Positions 1 to 13,424 of a stretch of 64,000 bases of DNA are shown one piece after another. Position 1 is the stretch's first letter; every line of letters starts with the position of its first letter. The stretch lies in assembly GCF_006345805.1 (NCBI RefSeq), contig NC_043000.1:61690001-61754000 (forward strand), written 5' to 3'. The notes below the pieces were generated by a model. That model had not been told where the DNA came from and ran no database searches. It worked only from the letters and a program-made list of their open reading frames with translations. This DNA comes from Octopus sinensis. Taxonomy: Eukaryota. A program made the translations under genes and the position numbers.

Positions 1-303
1 GAAACGTTGTGTTAACAACAAAGAAGATGAGAACAAATATCCGTCAAATGTAAATAATGCAAAGAGTTTCAGTTCTTCACTGACCCAGTTTCGAGACATC
101 TTTGCCTACCGTTTCCTTCTGAGAAGATTGGCATAAAGAGAGATAAGGAGAGAGGAAGAAAGAGAGGTGTAAGCTGTATTGAGCTATGCGTGCACAGATA
201 GGTATTAGATAGGGAAGAAAGATATGTGTGTGTTTGAGTATATATCTATAAACTTTCTATAGGCATATTCCCGTATACACACATGTTCAATAAATGAATG
301 TAC

Positions 304-335
<32 letters not shown>

Positions 336-471
336 AATTAATGAGTACACAGACAGGTGACGTATTAGTTGGGATAGGAAAGAAAGATCTATGTGATTTT
401 GAGTAAATAACTATAATCTTTCTATAATCACATTCCTATATTCCCAAATGTTCAATAGATAGATATACAGG

Positions 472-518
<47 letters not shown>

Positions 519-1664
519 AAGGAGCGAGCGCATGTGTGCTTGTGCGTTCGTGCTAGAGAGAGAAATGGTGTGTGTGTGTACTACAAAGAGAGAAAGAGAG
601 ATAGAGAGAGGAATTAATCAATCAATCACAGATTAAATCGAAGGGTGTAACTGTGCGGAGATTTATGTTTTGGGATCGTGAGTGTCAAGAATAGGCAGCG
701 TGAAGTGTTTATTAGTTGGACGTTATAAATAAATCCACTACTTGTAAACAAGAGCGTACTTACCTCAAAATTGTTGATTTTCGATAAATCGTAATAAAAA
801 GCCAGAATTGAATACATAAGGGATTTTTCTTGACTTATTTTTTGAGAGAATCGAATTTTTAACCGTGCAAGTTGGGAAATTTTGATCTTTGGTTTGATTT
901 TAACTGCGGTTTTACTGCACGTGGTAATATACGAGTTTTTATGTAAACAAGCACAAAAACTTGTCTCACACTTTCCGACGAAAATTTTTATCTATGTAGT
1001 GTTTCTATGTAGATGTATTACTACCTCAAGATAGAATAAATATTGGTTACTACGGAAGATTAACACTTTTCTACGCAAAATATTTGTATTGCTATAAAAG
1101 GCAGTGTGCTTGTGTGTGTGTACGTGAATGTGATTTATGCACGTCCACAAATTAGCACACATGTCGCTCCAATTTTAGGACAGTCGATACAACCCTAGCT
1201 GGATTTTGTGAACTTATTTTCCCCGAGGCACTTGCGGATAGCGGTAAAAATAGATTTTCAACCATAACGTTTACCAATTTTGAAGTTTGCTAACATGAGT
1301 TAAGTTCCCTTCTTGCCACAAGGAAGTGAAAGTGTGTGCGTGTGTTTGTGAAGGAGAAGGAGAAGTTGTGCGTTGATGTATGTATGTGTGTGTGTTTGTG
1401 AGGGAGAGATAGAGAGTCTGACAGCGTCTAACAAAAAATGTAAAGAGAAAGTGACTGTGAGGGAGAGGAGGAAAGTGACAGCGTTCATCAAAAATAAAAA
1501 TGTAAATCTTTTTTTTGTTAAACACGAGATATAGTCTTCAAATTTGGGATGTTTTTGAAAGACACTATATTCTATAATCAAATTATATATACTTTCTCAC
1601 ACAACAATTAAAATATATTTATTTTAAATCACTTATTCAAGTATTTAAAATCGTTTATCTTTCT

Positions 1665-1794
1665 CCCCGCCCTCTCTCTCTTTCTCACACACACATTACT
1701 TTGGGCGTGAAAGAGATTTGTTTATATTTTATGCCGAGGTAAAAAGTGTTTGCTCAGAATCCATTATATAAACAGATAGAAACAAGAGGTAGGT
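1665..1794 (+). promoter_or_regulatory. Candidate promoter/first exon: GC box followed by a splice donor
   Basis: CCCCGCCC at 1665-1672 and GGGCGTG near 1703 in otherwise AT-rich DNA; donor AGAG|GTAGGT at 1789. Function is inferred. Confidence 0.3.
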
Positions 1795-1971
1795 AACACT
1801 TCGTCTGAATTACAAAATATAAATCTCACATTTTCTAATATATATATATATATTATATATATATATATATATTATATATATATAATATATGTGTGTGGTG
1901 TGTGTGTGTGTGCGTGTGTATCTATTTATCTATCCCTCTATCTATCTATCTATCTATCAATATATATATAT

Positions 1972-2002
<31 letters not shown>

Positions 2003-2049
2003 ATATATATATATTAATAATGAACCTTGTAATTCACTCTGGAAAATTT

Positions 2050-3648
2050 ATTTCTGTAATATATTTGTAGTAGGTAAAATTTCGGAGGCTTCCACGCAAA
2101 AAATCCGATTTTTTTTCCTTAGTGAAAATCGTACGAGTGTTATATAAAAATTTACCTGGTGTTTTTTATGGTAAATTTGAGATTTAAAAAAAAATGTTTT
2201 TAATATTCTTAATCCCCGTATTTTCCCAGGTACATTGAAAAATAGATTGTGAAACGATCTATGGGTGTGTGTTTCATTTCAAGGATGCACCTTTATCTCT
2301 CGGGGTCAAACATGCCGTTTAACTTCCGCAGATCACAGTTCCCGGTGAGAACATGCTTCGCCATGTCCATCAACAAATCCTAAGACCAAACGATATCGGT
2401 AGCAGGCATTCATTTGGAGGAGCGTTGCTTTTCACATGGGAAACATTATGTGGCCTGTTCCCGTGTGGGGAGTAGAAACGCTTTTTTGTGTATGCTCCAC
2501 AGGGCAGAACACGCAATGTTGTCTATAGCGAAGTTTTGTAGACAAGTCGCCATTGCAGCCAATGTGGTTATAAACAGGTGATCAGGAAGCATTGGCCTGG
2601 CATATTCTCAAACCATGGCAACATGACTCATGGACTCTTCCTCTTTTTTATTGGACAACATTCTCCAACAACAATGCTCACTCGGCCGATATCAGTGCTT
2701 GGCTAAGTTTCTCATAGAGTTAGGCTAGAAGGGACAGGGTCACTTATGTTTTGGTTAAAGCTGTTCATAACTTTTCCTAAGGTAGTCGAATCCAGATCCG
2801 CAATGCAAACCTTCGGATTAACCTTCTCCTATACAGATCTCTAATGCAACTTTATGAAATCCAAATCTTTGAGTCACCCTTCTTCACTGCAGATTTCCAA
2901 TGCAAATCTCCAATGCATTCTTATCCAATGCAAACCTTCTCCAATGCATATTTTTGATGCAGCCTTGACCGATAGTACCCCTAGGAGGGGTTAGGACTAG
3001 ATTGAGATTAGTCGTTGCTTTGCCGGAAGGGTTTCCAACCCATGGGGCAAGGGGGGATTAGATGCGTTCCACTTTTTTATTGGACAACATTCTCCAACGC
3101 GTTCCCGTCGCGACACTGATTCTGCAGAACTTGGGTGGGCTTGAAAACCAACTTTAAAGTATAAATATATATTTCTTTTGAATCAGCAATTTTGTGTTCG
3201 GTTAAGTCCTATTTGGGGTGAAAAATCAATAAACTGATTCATAATGGGGTTTTCCATTCAATCAGGATAAAAAATTGACAAACCGATTCCTTATGGGATT
3301 TTCCACTCAAAATTGGCTACACCCCATTTTCAACCATAACTTTTACCAATTTTGACATATTTTGTTCAAACTTGATGCCAGCATTACTTAAGACTCAGGG
3401 GATTTTTGAATTCTTTAAGTTCCCTGAGAAAGAAAAAACTATCGATGAGTGGAAATAATCTATAAACCGATTCCTTACGGGATTTCCCAATCAAATTGCC
3501 TGTAACCCATTTTCAGACAGACGTTTACTAATTTCAACGGATTTCGCTCAAATTTGATGTCGGTGTTACTTTTTTGGGTTTGAAATAAAGCACTTGATCA
3601 CTTGATAATCTTAACGTGATCCCGGGCAACGCTGGGCTATACTGCTAG
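2050..3648 (+). mobile_element. Helitron 3' portion (non-autonomous, decayed)
   Basis: Pif1 helicase C-terminus remnant, degenerate ~185-bp subterminal repeats (3279-3390 vs 3464-3572), GC-rich hairpin CCCGGGCAACGCTGGG (3621-3636), terminal CTAG (3645-3648) followed by T. The left edge is uncertain. Confidence 0.8.
2270..2541 (+). pseudogene. Helitron Rep/Hel Pif1-type helicase C-terminal remnant
   Basis: Translates as FISRMHLYLSGSNMPFNFRRSQFPVRTCFAMSINKS*DQTISVAGIHLEERCFSHGKHYVACSRVGSRN/FVYAPQGRTRNVVYSEVL*. This matches the Helitron helicase motifs QFPVRxxFAMTINKSQGQT and FSHGQLYVAxSRV. One stop and one frameshift. Confidence 0.9.
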
Positions 3649-3649
3649 T

Positions 3650-3898
<249 letters not shown>

Positions 3899-3985
3899 GG
3901 TCACTAATTTGCAAACTTACAACCTGAAAGCAAAAATATATACGTCATTAAAGTGTACAAGGGAACTACTGTTGCTAATTCACTT

Positions 3986-4018
<33 letters not shown>

Positions 4019-4361
4019 TTATATATATATATATATATAATATATATATGTATATATTTGCCAACATAATGTGGCTGTCCTGGAAGGGACGATACTACTG
4101 TTGTTTAACCCGAGGAAAACATCGTTGCTAGTTGGTTATAAGACACATTATCTGGGTAATATATATATATGTGTGTGTGTGTGTATGTGTGTATGTATAT
4201 ACCGATATATACTGATATATGTGGGTGTATATGTATATGTATATGTGTGCATGTGTGTGTGCACGCGCATGCGTGTTGTCATGTGAGATGTTGATATTTG
4301 TGGATATTTCACTGAAATTTTGTGATGAAAATGTGAAGAAATTATACTTTCTTCTCTACAG

Positions 4362-4398
4362 TTGCACGACGAGATAATATTCTAAGTGTAATATCTCG
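4362..4398 (+). other. Candidate 37-nt exon (probably 5' UTR of gene model A)
   Basis: Acceptor ACTTTCTTCTCTACAG| and donor TCG|GTAAGG. Confidence 0.4.
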
Positions 4399-5305
4399 GT
4401 AAGGGGCTGCGACATTGATGTGTTTATAATTGATTCATTATCATGAATGATAATGTGGAAATATAATGCTATAAAAGTGCTATTATGTAAATGAGAAATG
4501 TTATGAAATGCATGAAAGCATAATCTATAATAATTTCATTTCTAATTGGTTTCATTTATACGACAAGTGAAGTTTAATCAGTTGTCCTCCTTTCAGCGCT
4601 ATATTTATCATTGAAACAACTATATTTAAGACTACATGAAAACTGTCTGTGTTAGGACTGCTGGCGCGATTTGATTAATATTTGTCCTCTATTTCTACGT
4701 AGAGAAAATATTTCGAACAGTGTTTTCGTGTATTCCATGCCCTCATTTGAATAAGATCTCTGGATTTCGCTTCTTTGAAGTCGAGAATATCTTGCGTGAT
4801 ATGTCTTGATTGCATGTGAATCAATCATGACTGTATACTGAATGTTATGCAGAAGGACGTTTGAATGGTGTGTGTGTGTGTGTGTGTGTGCATAGCGAGC
4901 TCTTAAATTACAACAAGTAGATCATCAATGTACTGAAGAAAGTGTATATAGATATGACTATTCCTATGTTGAGACGCACTGACTACATGCACATTCACGC
5001 ACGCATATACATATATACATACATATATACATACATGTATATATATATATATATTTATATGATTTCCCGACGATATATGTGTTGTGTGTGTGTGCTTGTG
5101 TGTGTATGTTTGTGTATGTGTGTATGTATATGTGATTGAAAATGAGTGTGTTGGTGTGTGTATGTAGTAATGTGTATGCGTTTTGTATGTGGCAATGTTG
5201 TCTTGTATTTGCGCCTCCCTACTGCTCCATAAAGTTTGTTCACAAGTACTTCTTTGAGAAGCAGATAAGATATAATCAGAAAATCCTGAGTCAATAACAG
5301 TCATA

Positions 5306-6334
5306 ATGAAAACTACTGAAAACATGTAAGTCATGGTTAAAACTTGCAACATTTGTAGAGATCCATCCAGTTATATAAGGATAATTATTTTTATATACTT
5401 TCATTTTTGGTTATGAACAGCTCTGACTCAATATTCTCCATAAGATTTCCAAATATACTTTATAACTTTTAGCTAGCATAGTTACGAAGAAAACTATGAA
5501 CCAGCTTGAAAGAATTTAAGTTGTCAAACGACTTGCCATTAGTAGCAAATGAATTTAGCCTGAATCACAACTTACTGCTGTAAAATTGGAAGAAATATTA
5601 GGTGATAATCCTATATGACTTAGACTGACTAAAGGAAAGCATGCTACCGCATAGAATGATTTAAAAAGTTGTCTCCAACATGAGAGTTTATTTGGTATTT
5701 GAAGACTGAAAATAGCGGATGTCTCAATGGGGCTTCATTCACATAGTACACGTATTTTGAGTTTCACTAATATGGAAGATTCACGCATAAATATATATAT
5801 GTAAATATATATATATATGCAAGCGTGCGTATGTAAAGCACAAAAGTTCTCGACAAAGAAAACAAGGAATCAAGGGGCGCTCCTCTTGGATGACACCATT
5901 TAAGTGATTATATCACTTGGGTTTGATTTTGGGAAAACGACTGTGTTTGATGATGAATTATATAATATATATTCTGGGTATGTCTAATGTTTGTATATTT
6001 GTGTACTGGAGTTTATCAGGAAGGCATGTATCTTCTATGTGTGGAGTTCGTGTATTGTATATGTCCACTGTTTACGTTCAGAGAAAGAGATTATCCTGGT
6101 GACATTGGTAGAGTGGGTGGTAGCTTCTTTTTGAAATGCTAGAGTGTAAAATATTGCTTGGATATGCAGGAAGAGATGGTTTCCTCCTTGATGTTTACGA
6201 TGTTATCTCAGGGCTGTGTGATGTTTAGCCTTTCAGTAATACAACGCTCACATTTTGTTTTCCGTTCCCAGTATATATATATATATATATATATATGCAT
6301 ATATATATATATATATATATAATATATATATATA

Positions 6335-6411
<77 letters not shown>

Positions 6412-8506
6412 TGTGCAGTGAATTCTGTCACCATTTGAGGACGTGAGGTGCATGACACACATAATTCTGAAGTCTCGGGGCTTCGGTTGCCAATACTTGA
6501 TAGATGATCCCCTGCTGGGAGCTGACTAAGTCAATAAACACTTGACATAAGTGAAATGGAACGGATGAGAATCTAACTTCTTTTCCACTCGGATAAAACC
6601 TGATTAGATTCTGTAATGTAATATTCAATTTTGCAACATTTATAGAAAAATAACAGCTTATCAACTACACGAAATACAATTATAAACAGAGCTCGACCAT
6701 TTTAAATTCGGTGCTACATGTGCCTCAAAGCACATCCTTTAGGTGACGTTGTGGTCATGGTTGGAGTACTTTTCATCATAGCTCTCATCGATCAAGCATG
6801 GCCTGTGGGTCGCATTAAGAACGTCCGTCTATTTAGAGAAGTTGTTTGACGTCAGTATATATTCCATAAATATGTCAGACTATATTAGCTACGATAGTCT
6901 ACTGCGCTAAGATATATATCTGTTGCCTGGCACAGATTCTCTCTTAGCCACTATATTCGATGTTATGGTCACAAAGAAGTTGGAAAAGTTATGAATTTAA
7001 TTTTGCGTCTTTACTCCTGTAATTATGATACTGTCCGCAAAATATATGTAAGTCATAAATCACGCTGAAATAAGTTTGTTTAATTCTTTGTTCAGTTGTC
7101 ACAAACCAATACAGCTGTTTATCTCATTCCGAAGACATTCAAGGAGAGCCATTCAGATTTCAATTTTCAGCATATAATCAACATTGTTCGGTTATTTATT
7201 ATACTTTCTCTTCATTGACTTGAGTCATAACTACAGAGAATATATACAACTTCTTTGAATTATGTCCATTCAAATAATTTTTGTTATTTATGTATGAACA
7301 GTAAGGAATGAAATGTATTAATTTTGGTATTTATTGAATGAAATATAAAAAAAGTAACTAAATAATAATAAATATTTCTCTATCCACTGGCAATACTGTG
7401 AAAGTGAAATGAATAATTTGAAACAAATAATTTAATATCTAATTTCGATGTAGTTGCTTAAATTTTTAGATGGATATTATGTCGATAAAGTGTTCTGAAA
7501 CTTACAATTGATTCCGAGAAATATATAGGCTTTAAGAATGAGAATCCCGATAAATCTAAGACCATAAAGCAATTTTTCTTTTTAACCTACTAAAAAAGGC
7601 CGCAACATTGCAGAACCGTTGGTACGCCGGACAAAATGTTTGGTGGTATTTCTTCTGACTTTACGTTCAGAGCTCAGATTCCGTTGCAGTTGACTTTGCC
7701 TGCCCTCTGATAGGTTTTTCTTCGAATCGATAAAATAAGAGCAATTTGAGTAGTGAGTCCAGTGTAATCGAATAGCATCCTCTCCTAAATCTACAGGCCT
7801 GGTTCCTATATTAAAAGATTTATTGAAGAAGGAATTTTGATACCCTTTATGTCGCTAATAACATTAGTAAAGATATTGAGCCGAATTTTACATTTGTGTT
7901 TGTTTTCCGATGTGCTTGATACAAGTGTTGAAACAAATATTGTTGGACTCGTGAAAATCATGTTTCCAATGAAAGCAAAAACATATCTTTTTCGTTGGAT
8001 TACAACAATATTTCATATTTCATGAACGAATTTGTTCATACATACTGCTAGAAATAGAAATAAAACATCTTTGTAAAGTATAATCTATTGTCTTCAAAAT
8101 GGGAGAACAAATAAGCCTATGTAGTAATGGATACAGTAAATTTAAGTGAATTGTGAGGCGATGGAGGATGGACCTTTCTTGATCATATGTCTATGCAACC
8201 TGAAATATTTCGAAGAATGTAAGATATTCTTTATTTAAAGAAAAGCACTATGAAAATACTTTCTACGTGCGTCAATATGTAGTACGATTGCTATAAATAT
8301 CTGTCTTCTTCTGATCAGTGTATCAATATTTAATGGCAGGTATATTAATATGTTGCATAGTATGAAAGTAAAATAATTTTTAGCAATTTCATTGAATTAA
8401 TGAAGTTGTACGAAACTATACAACTTGCTTTGAACTTCAGTTTGTGTCAGTTCCATTTATCCATAAATTCATACATACAGATACATACAAAAATATATTC
8501 GTATAC

Positions 8507-8548
<42 letters not shown>

Positions 8549-8576
8549 ATGTATATACAGATGCATACATACATGC

Positions 8577-8607
<31 letters not shown>

Positions 8608-9282
8608 CATACATACATACATACATACATACATACATACATACATACACACACACATATATGAATGCATACATATGTGTAATTATTTAATATATATATT
8701 GATAAACGTAGGTATGTTAGTGGCTGGTAATGTTCTGAACTACCTTAGTTTATTACTGTCACTCATCTATATGTGTGGTCTTTATTTAGTTATTTTCTTT
8801 TGCGTTTCAGTAATTAATTTATAAAGAAAAGCATTTATTCTTTTAGAAATTGGCATCAATTCAGGAAAAGTTATTTTGAGCAATAATATAATGACAATAG
8901 TTTAATTGAAGCGAATTAGAAAAGAGTTTGTCGAAGAGAATTGCGCCCGAAATGAGAAATGTTTAAGAAAGTTTCTCCAATACTTTTTATCAGTAAACTT
9001 CTTGTTCCTCATTTTCGCTTAACTGTATGTAAACATGTATCATTAGATTCATGTAGATTGATGGATAACTAACGAACAGAATAATATTGATTACACATAA
9101 GAATTTAGAGACTGACAGTATATTGACGAATGTTTGTATGGTATTAAATTTTGCTTTACTCGTAATTTCTCCATACCCTCAGTATTGCCGACTGGTCAGG
9201 GTGTTCGTTTCGCATTCACAAGCTACCAAGTTCAATTCCAGCTGCATGCTATCTTGGACAAGTTGGTTTTCCTTTATCATAG
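5306..9282 (+). CDS. Hand-built gene model A, 111-aa hypothetical protein
   Basis: In-phase exons 5306-5325, 6948-7047, 7096-7190, 8319-8339, 9183-(TAG 9280-9282) give [111 protein letters not shown]. All introns are GT-AG, but one is only 48 nt. No homology recognised. Confidence 0.33.
6264..6410. repeat. (TA)n tract interrupted by TGCA
   Basis: Directly visible. Confidence 0.97.
7596..7720 (+). mobile_element. Degenerate SINE (family A) head fragment
   Basis: Diverged copy of GGCGGCGAGCTGGCAGAAACGTTAGCACGCCGG...GAGTTCAAATTCC. Confidence 0.65.
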
Positions 9283-9465
9283 CCTCGGTTCGACTGAAGC
9301 CTGACGAATGAATGGTGTAGTCTTTCTCTATATGGGTAAATGTGTATGCTGAATGTTCAATCATTCGCACACTATTTCAATAATCAGTTTAATTATCGAA
9401 CATCTGACTACATTTTGTCGAAAAAGACTGAGACTGATTTTACATCCAGAAATCTGTATTCTCAA

Positions 9466-9878
9466 GGCGGCGAGCTAGCAGAAACGTTAGCACGCCGGGT
9501 GAAATGCTGAGCGGTATTTCGTCTGCCGTTACATTGTGAGTTCAAATTCCGCCGAGGTCGACTTCGCCTTTCATCCTTTCGGGGTCGATAAATTAAGTAC
9601 CAGTTACGCACTGGGGTCGATATAATCGATTAAATTCCTATGTCTGACCTTGTTTGTCTCCTCTGTGTTTAACCCCTTGAGGGTAATAAAGAAATATGTA
9701 TTTCGTCTGTCGTTACGTTCTGAGTTCAAATTCCGCCGAGGTCGACATTCCTTTCATCCTTTCGAGTCGATAAATTAAGTACCAGTTACGCACTGGCGTC
9801 GATCTAATGGACTTAATCCCTTTGTCTGACCTTGTTTGTCGCCTCTATGTTTAGCCCTTTGTGGGCAGTAAAGAAATA
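9466..9878 (+). mobile_element. tRNA-headed SINE family A, tandem dimer
   Basis: Copy 1 is 9466-9696 with box A/box B-like head and central GGTCGACTTCGCCTTTCATCCTTTCGGGGTCGATAAATTAAGTACCAG. Copy 2 (9697-9878) restarts at TATTTCGTCTG. Near-identical to 32105 and 62069. Confidence 0.92.
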
Positions 9879-10573
9879 AGTAATCTGTATTCTTTTTTAA
9901 TGCGTATGATTAAAGATAAATGAGTCAAAACTCTCCGTTTACTTTCTATAATAGAAATAATTTATTATAACTTTTATCAGTTTTTATCCAGAGGTAAATG
10001 ACCGAGCCTAATTTTTTGTGACGAAATTCACTCCATAAAATTTCAACTGCCTTCCGAATTTAAATCCACAAAAACTCCCGAATTATTAATTATTAATTAA
10101 ATGAAGAAGTTATTAAGTAAATAAGAAGTCCACATTGCGCTCCTGAAATTTAATCGTAATGTAATTTACATTCACAAAAAATGATTTAGGAACCACCCAA
10201 CAATTTAGCTGAATAAATGTACTCAATTTTCAAACAGATTTCTTCATCAATAACACTCTCTTTCTGATTTCCTCGCTTCGTATATGTTTCTAAATCTCCC
10301 TCTCTCTATATTGCATTGTTCCAGGAAGATGCAGGGAGGGAGAGAAAGTGAATTGTAATGATTGGAGTGAAAGTTAGGAAGAGAAAGTCCGAGATTTTGA
10401 AATCACACAGACATATCACCACCATCCCTCTCTATACTCTTTCTCTCTATATCTGTTGTGTCTCTATCGTCATTAGTTTTTCTTTATCTTTTCTCTAATC
10501 CACTATTTCTGAGAGAAAAAAAAAGAGAGAAAAAGTGAGAGAGAAAGAGAAAGGGAGAGAGGGATAGATAGAA

Positions 10574-10606
<33 letters not shown>

Positions 10607-10666
10607 AGAAGAGAAAGATTGCTACTATAACTGGAATTCAATTTTCCTTTCTTCCATTCTTGACAG

Positions 10667-10802
10667 AAATTACGGTGCGATTTGATGGATACCAGTCTGT
10701 TATGTCTCAAAAAAAGGAAATTATACAAATATTCCTCGTGGGATGGCTAATAATCATATGAAAGGCTTTGTGTGCGTTCATACTGTATTTTGTGACCGCA
10801 AG
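10667..10802 (+). other. Candidate exon with strong splice sites and no uninterrupted frame
   Basis: Acceptor TTTTCCTTTCTTCCATTCTTGACAG| and donor AAG|GTGAAT; each of the three frames has a stop. Confidence 0.45.
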
Positions 10803-10973
10803 GTGAATAAACGTACAGAGACAGACAGCTTAAATTTTCAGACACGCACAGCTACATAACCACATCCCCACCACACACACATACTGTGAAATGATGAATC
10901 CATCAACAATACAGACATTGCTTTTTTTTAACCTAAAGTAACTGACATTTGCTTTAGACTCTCACTGTTTCAG

Positions 10974-11046
10974 AAACACAATTGTGAGACTTCTCGAACA
11001 GACTCAAATAACAATACATTAGCATGTGGTCATATTTTATATTAAA
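10974..11046 (+). other. Candidate terminal exon of transcript A
   Basis: CTGAC branch-like site, acceptor CTCACTGTTTCAG|, ATTAAA near 11041; 171-nt intron from 10803. Confidence 0.3.
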
Positions 11047-11118
11047 AAACGTAATAATCTCTACATTATTGACTAATATATTTTGAAAACCAAACAATTA
11101 ACGTACACACAGTGGGCG

Positions 11119-11129
11119 TATGTGTGTGT

Positions 11130-11200
<71 letters not shown>

Positions 11201-11212
11201 TGTGTGTGTGTG
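11119..11212. repeat. (GT)n microsatellite
   Basis: Directly visible. Confidence 0.98.
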
Positions 11213-11662
11213 TAAAACATCAAAATATGAATGTTGCTGCTTTGAGATTTTACTATATTTCATCTTGACCACAATTATAATGGTCCACCGACTAAAATTA
11301 TATGAAATTTAGTTTCATCAGAATCACTAAGAAGGAAAAATTGGCCTTTTTTTTAAAAAAAAATTCTGCTTTCATATTTTGATACAACAAAGATATTTTT
11401 TGAGAAGTTTATTAGAAACTTTTATATTGAATTTTTTTCTTGCTAACGATAAAGAAGAAAATATGTTGAAAGGCAAATCTATGTACGAATCTCACATTAA
11501 CAAACAAAATTGGCCACACAGTTCAATTTAATATAATCTCCAAATCTGTCTGAAATTAAATTTGTAGCTATTGAAGTATTATAGGTACTTCTTTTAAAAG
11601 TTAGATATAACCATATATCACCCTGACAAAGTAAAGAAAATGCGTATATGAATAGCAGTAAG

Positions 11663-11734
<72 letters not shown>

Positions 11735-12070
11735 CTATTAACTTCTACTTGCTGTCATATTCCTAGATGCCACTTTCTAAACTTCAAACCTGATATGGAA
11801 TACGCCAGAATAACTTATTTAACTACTTAAATTAAATTCTAAAGAAAGTCAACTTTTTAACTGGTCAAACATAAAAATTTGTTCATAAGTTCTTTCTGCT
11901 TGAAAAACTTCAGAGAAATGTTTCAATATCATTATTCTAAAATGCTTAATCATCGAATTATTTTCACACGAAAAAATATATAGATTAATTGTTCAAAGGA
12001 ATTACCATCTGCGAGTAGACTACGCGTTAATAACGAGGTCCAATGAATGAAATAATACGCGTCTAGCGTT

Positions 12071-12084
12071 GTCGCCGTAGCAAC
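12071..12084. promoter_or_regulatory. RFX X-box
   Basis: GTCGCCGTAGCAAC fits GTNRCC-N(0-3)-RGYAAC. It lies in a CpG-containing patch and is followed by donor TTA|GTAAGT at 12147. Confidence 0.55.
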
Positions 12085-12549
12085 CAACAGTTACATTATA
12101 TCCTTCCTTGCATATCTTTATTTATTTTCTGTACAATCGAAATTTAGTAAGTTCCTCCCTTTGGCCTTATTGAGATGAATGTTCGTTAAAAATGATGATA
12201 TTTCTCCTCATAACTTCTATTGATAAAAAAACTTATATTCTGCTCACCACTTCAAGATATGTAAATTACTACTAATTTTATTTGTAACTGACAATCATAT
12301 TACATTTGTTTATTCACGTTGGATATAAGTACACAAAAATTCGGTGCTGTATGTGTATTAAATCTCGACTCAAATTGGGGTCTATGTTGGAAAATCACAT
12401 ATATAGACACAAACTCGCATATATTCAAGAATACAATAAGAAGTGACACTTCATCTGTACTATAAATGATGTCGACCGCAATTGAATTAAAAGACTGATA
12501 GGTTTTGTGTCCTCGGCGGTACTAAAGAGCTTTCCTAGAATCACTACCG

Positions 12550-12583
<34 letters not shown>

Positions 12584-12622
12584 AATATATAGAGAGAGAG
12601 AGAGAGAGAGATAGATAGATAA

Positions 12623-12681
<59 letters not shown>

Positions 12682-12700
12682 TAGATAGGTAGATAGATAG
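12550..12700. repeat. Compound (TA)n-(GA)n-(GATA)n microsatellite
   Basis: Directly visible. Confidence 0.97.
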
Positions 12701-13424
12701 ATATCCATCGACAATGCTTACTATAACTGCCACAAAGAAGAACAAATCTGAATTTAAAAGCATCATTGTAAGCTAAATAGGCATCCCAATCCTCACTTGA
12801 TTCATGTGTTAAATGTACAAGTTCCAAATAAAATAAATATTTTTCAGATAGACAATGGAAATAAATACAGTAAACTTAAGGAATAATACTCCTAACTATA
12901 TAGGAATTTATAACCCGAGAATTAAAAAAAAATATAATAGATAAAATAGACGGAGAATGTGGAGATGCGTCTGAGAAACACACTATATAAGTTGACAAAA
13001 ATGATAATCGATCTCATAATAACATTACAATGATGACTTAAACATCTCTAAATAGGTTGAAGAGTGGTTTCGTACTCATAATTAAAAACAGTTTAGTATT
13101 TCGTAAGTAATTAAGTTGTTTAAAATAATTACTTTAATTTCAATGCAATTATCGGTTATGCTGTTCTTACTAGAAATGTCTACAATAAAATTCCTTGTTA
13201 CTTGATATTTCACCTGCCCAGCTATAATTAAACCAAATTACAATACTTGCTGTCATTTCAACTTGTAACCAATAAAGATTTTAAAACTCTTAAAAAAAGA
13301 AACGTCGATGTGTTCCATTTTCTGATGTTATTGCCATCTGAATATAATTCGAGACACCAAAATATAATTTATTTTAACCCCGTACTTTGCATCGGATACT
13401 CTGTAATGTATATATATATATATA

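Noticed and set aside
9466-9878. Direct repeats that might suggest a CRISPR array or satellite
   Set aside because: They are tandem SINE copies in eukaryotic DNA with no spacer architecture.
9183-10802. Idea that in-frame TGA/TAG codons in candidate exons are recoded to Trp by A-to-I editing or read as selenocysteine
   Set aside because: Most are UGA, where the 5' G is a disfavoured ADAR context. No SECIS or selenoprotein motif was seen, and one or two stops per exon is what non-coding sequence gives. This was pattern-fitting without RNA data.
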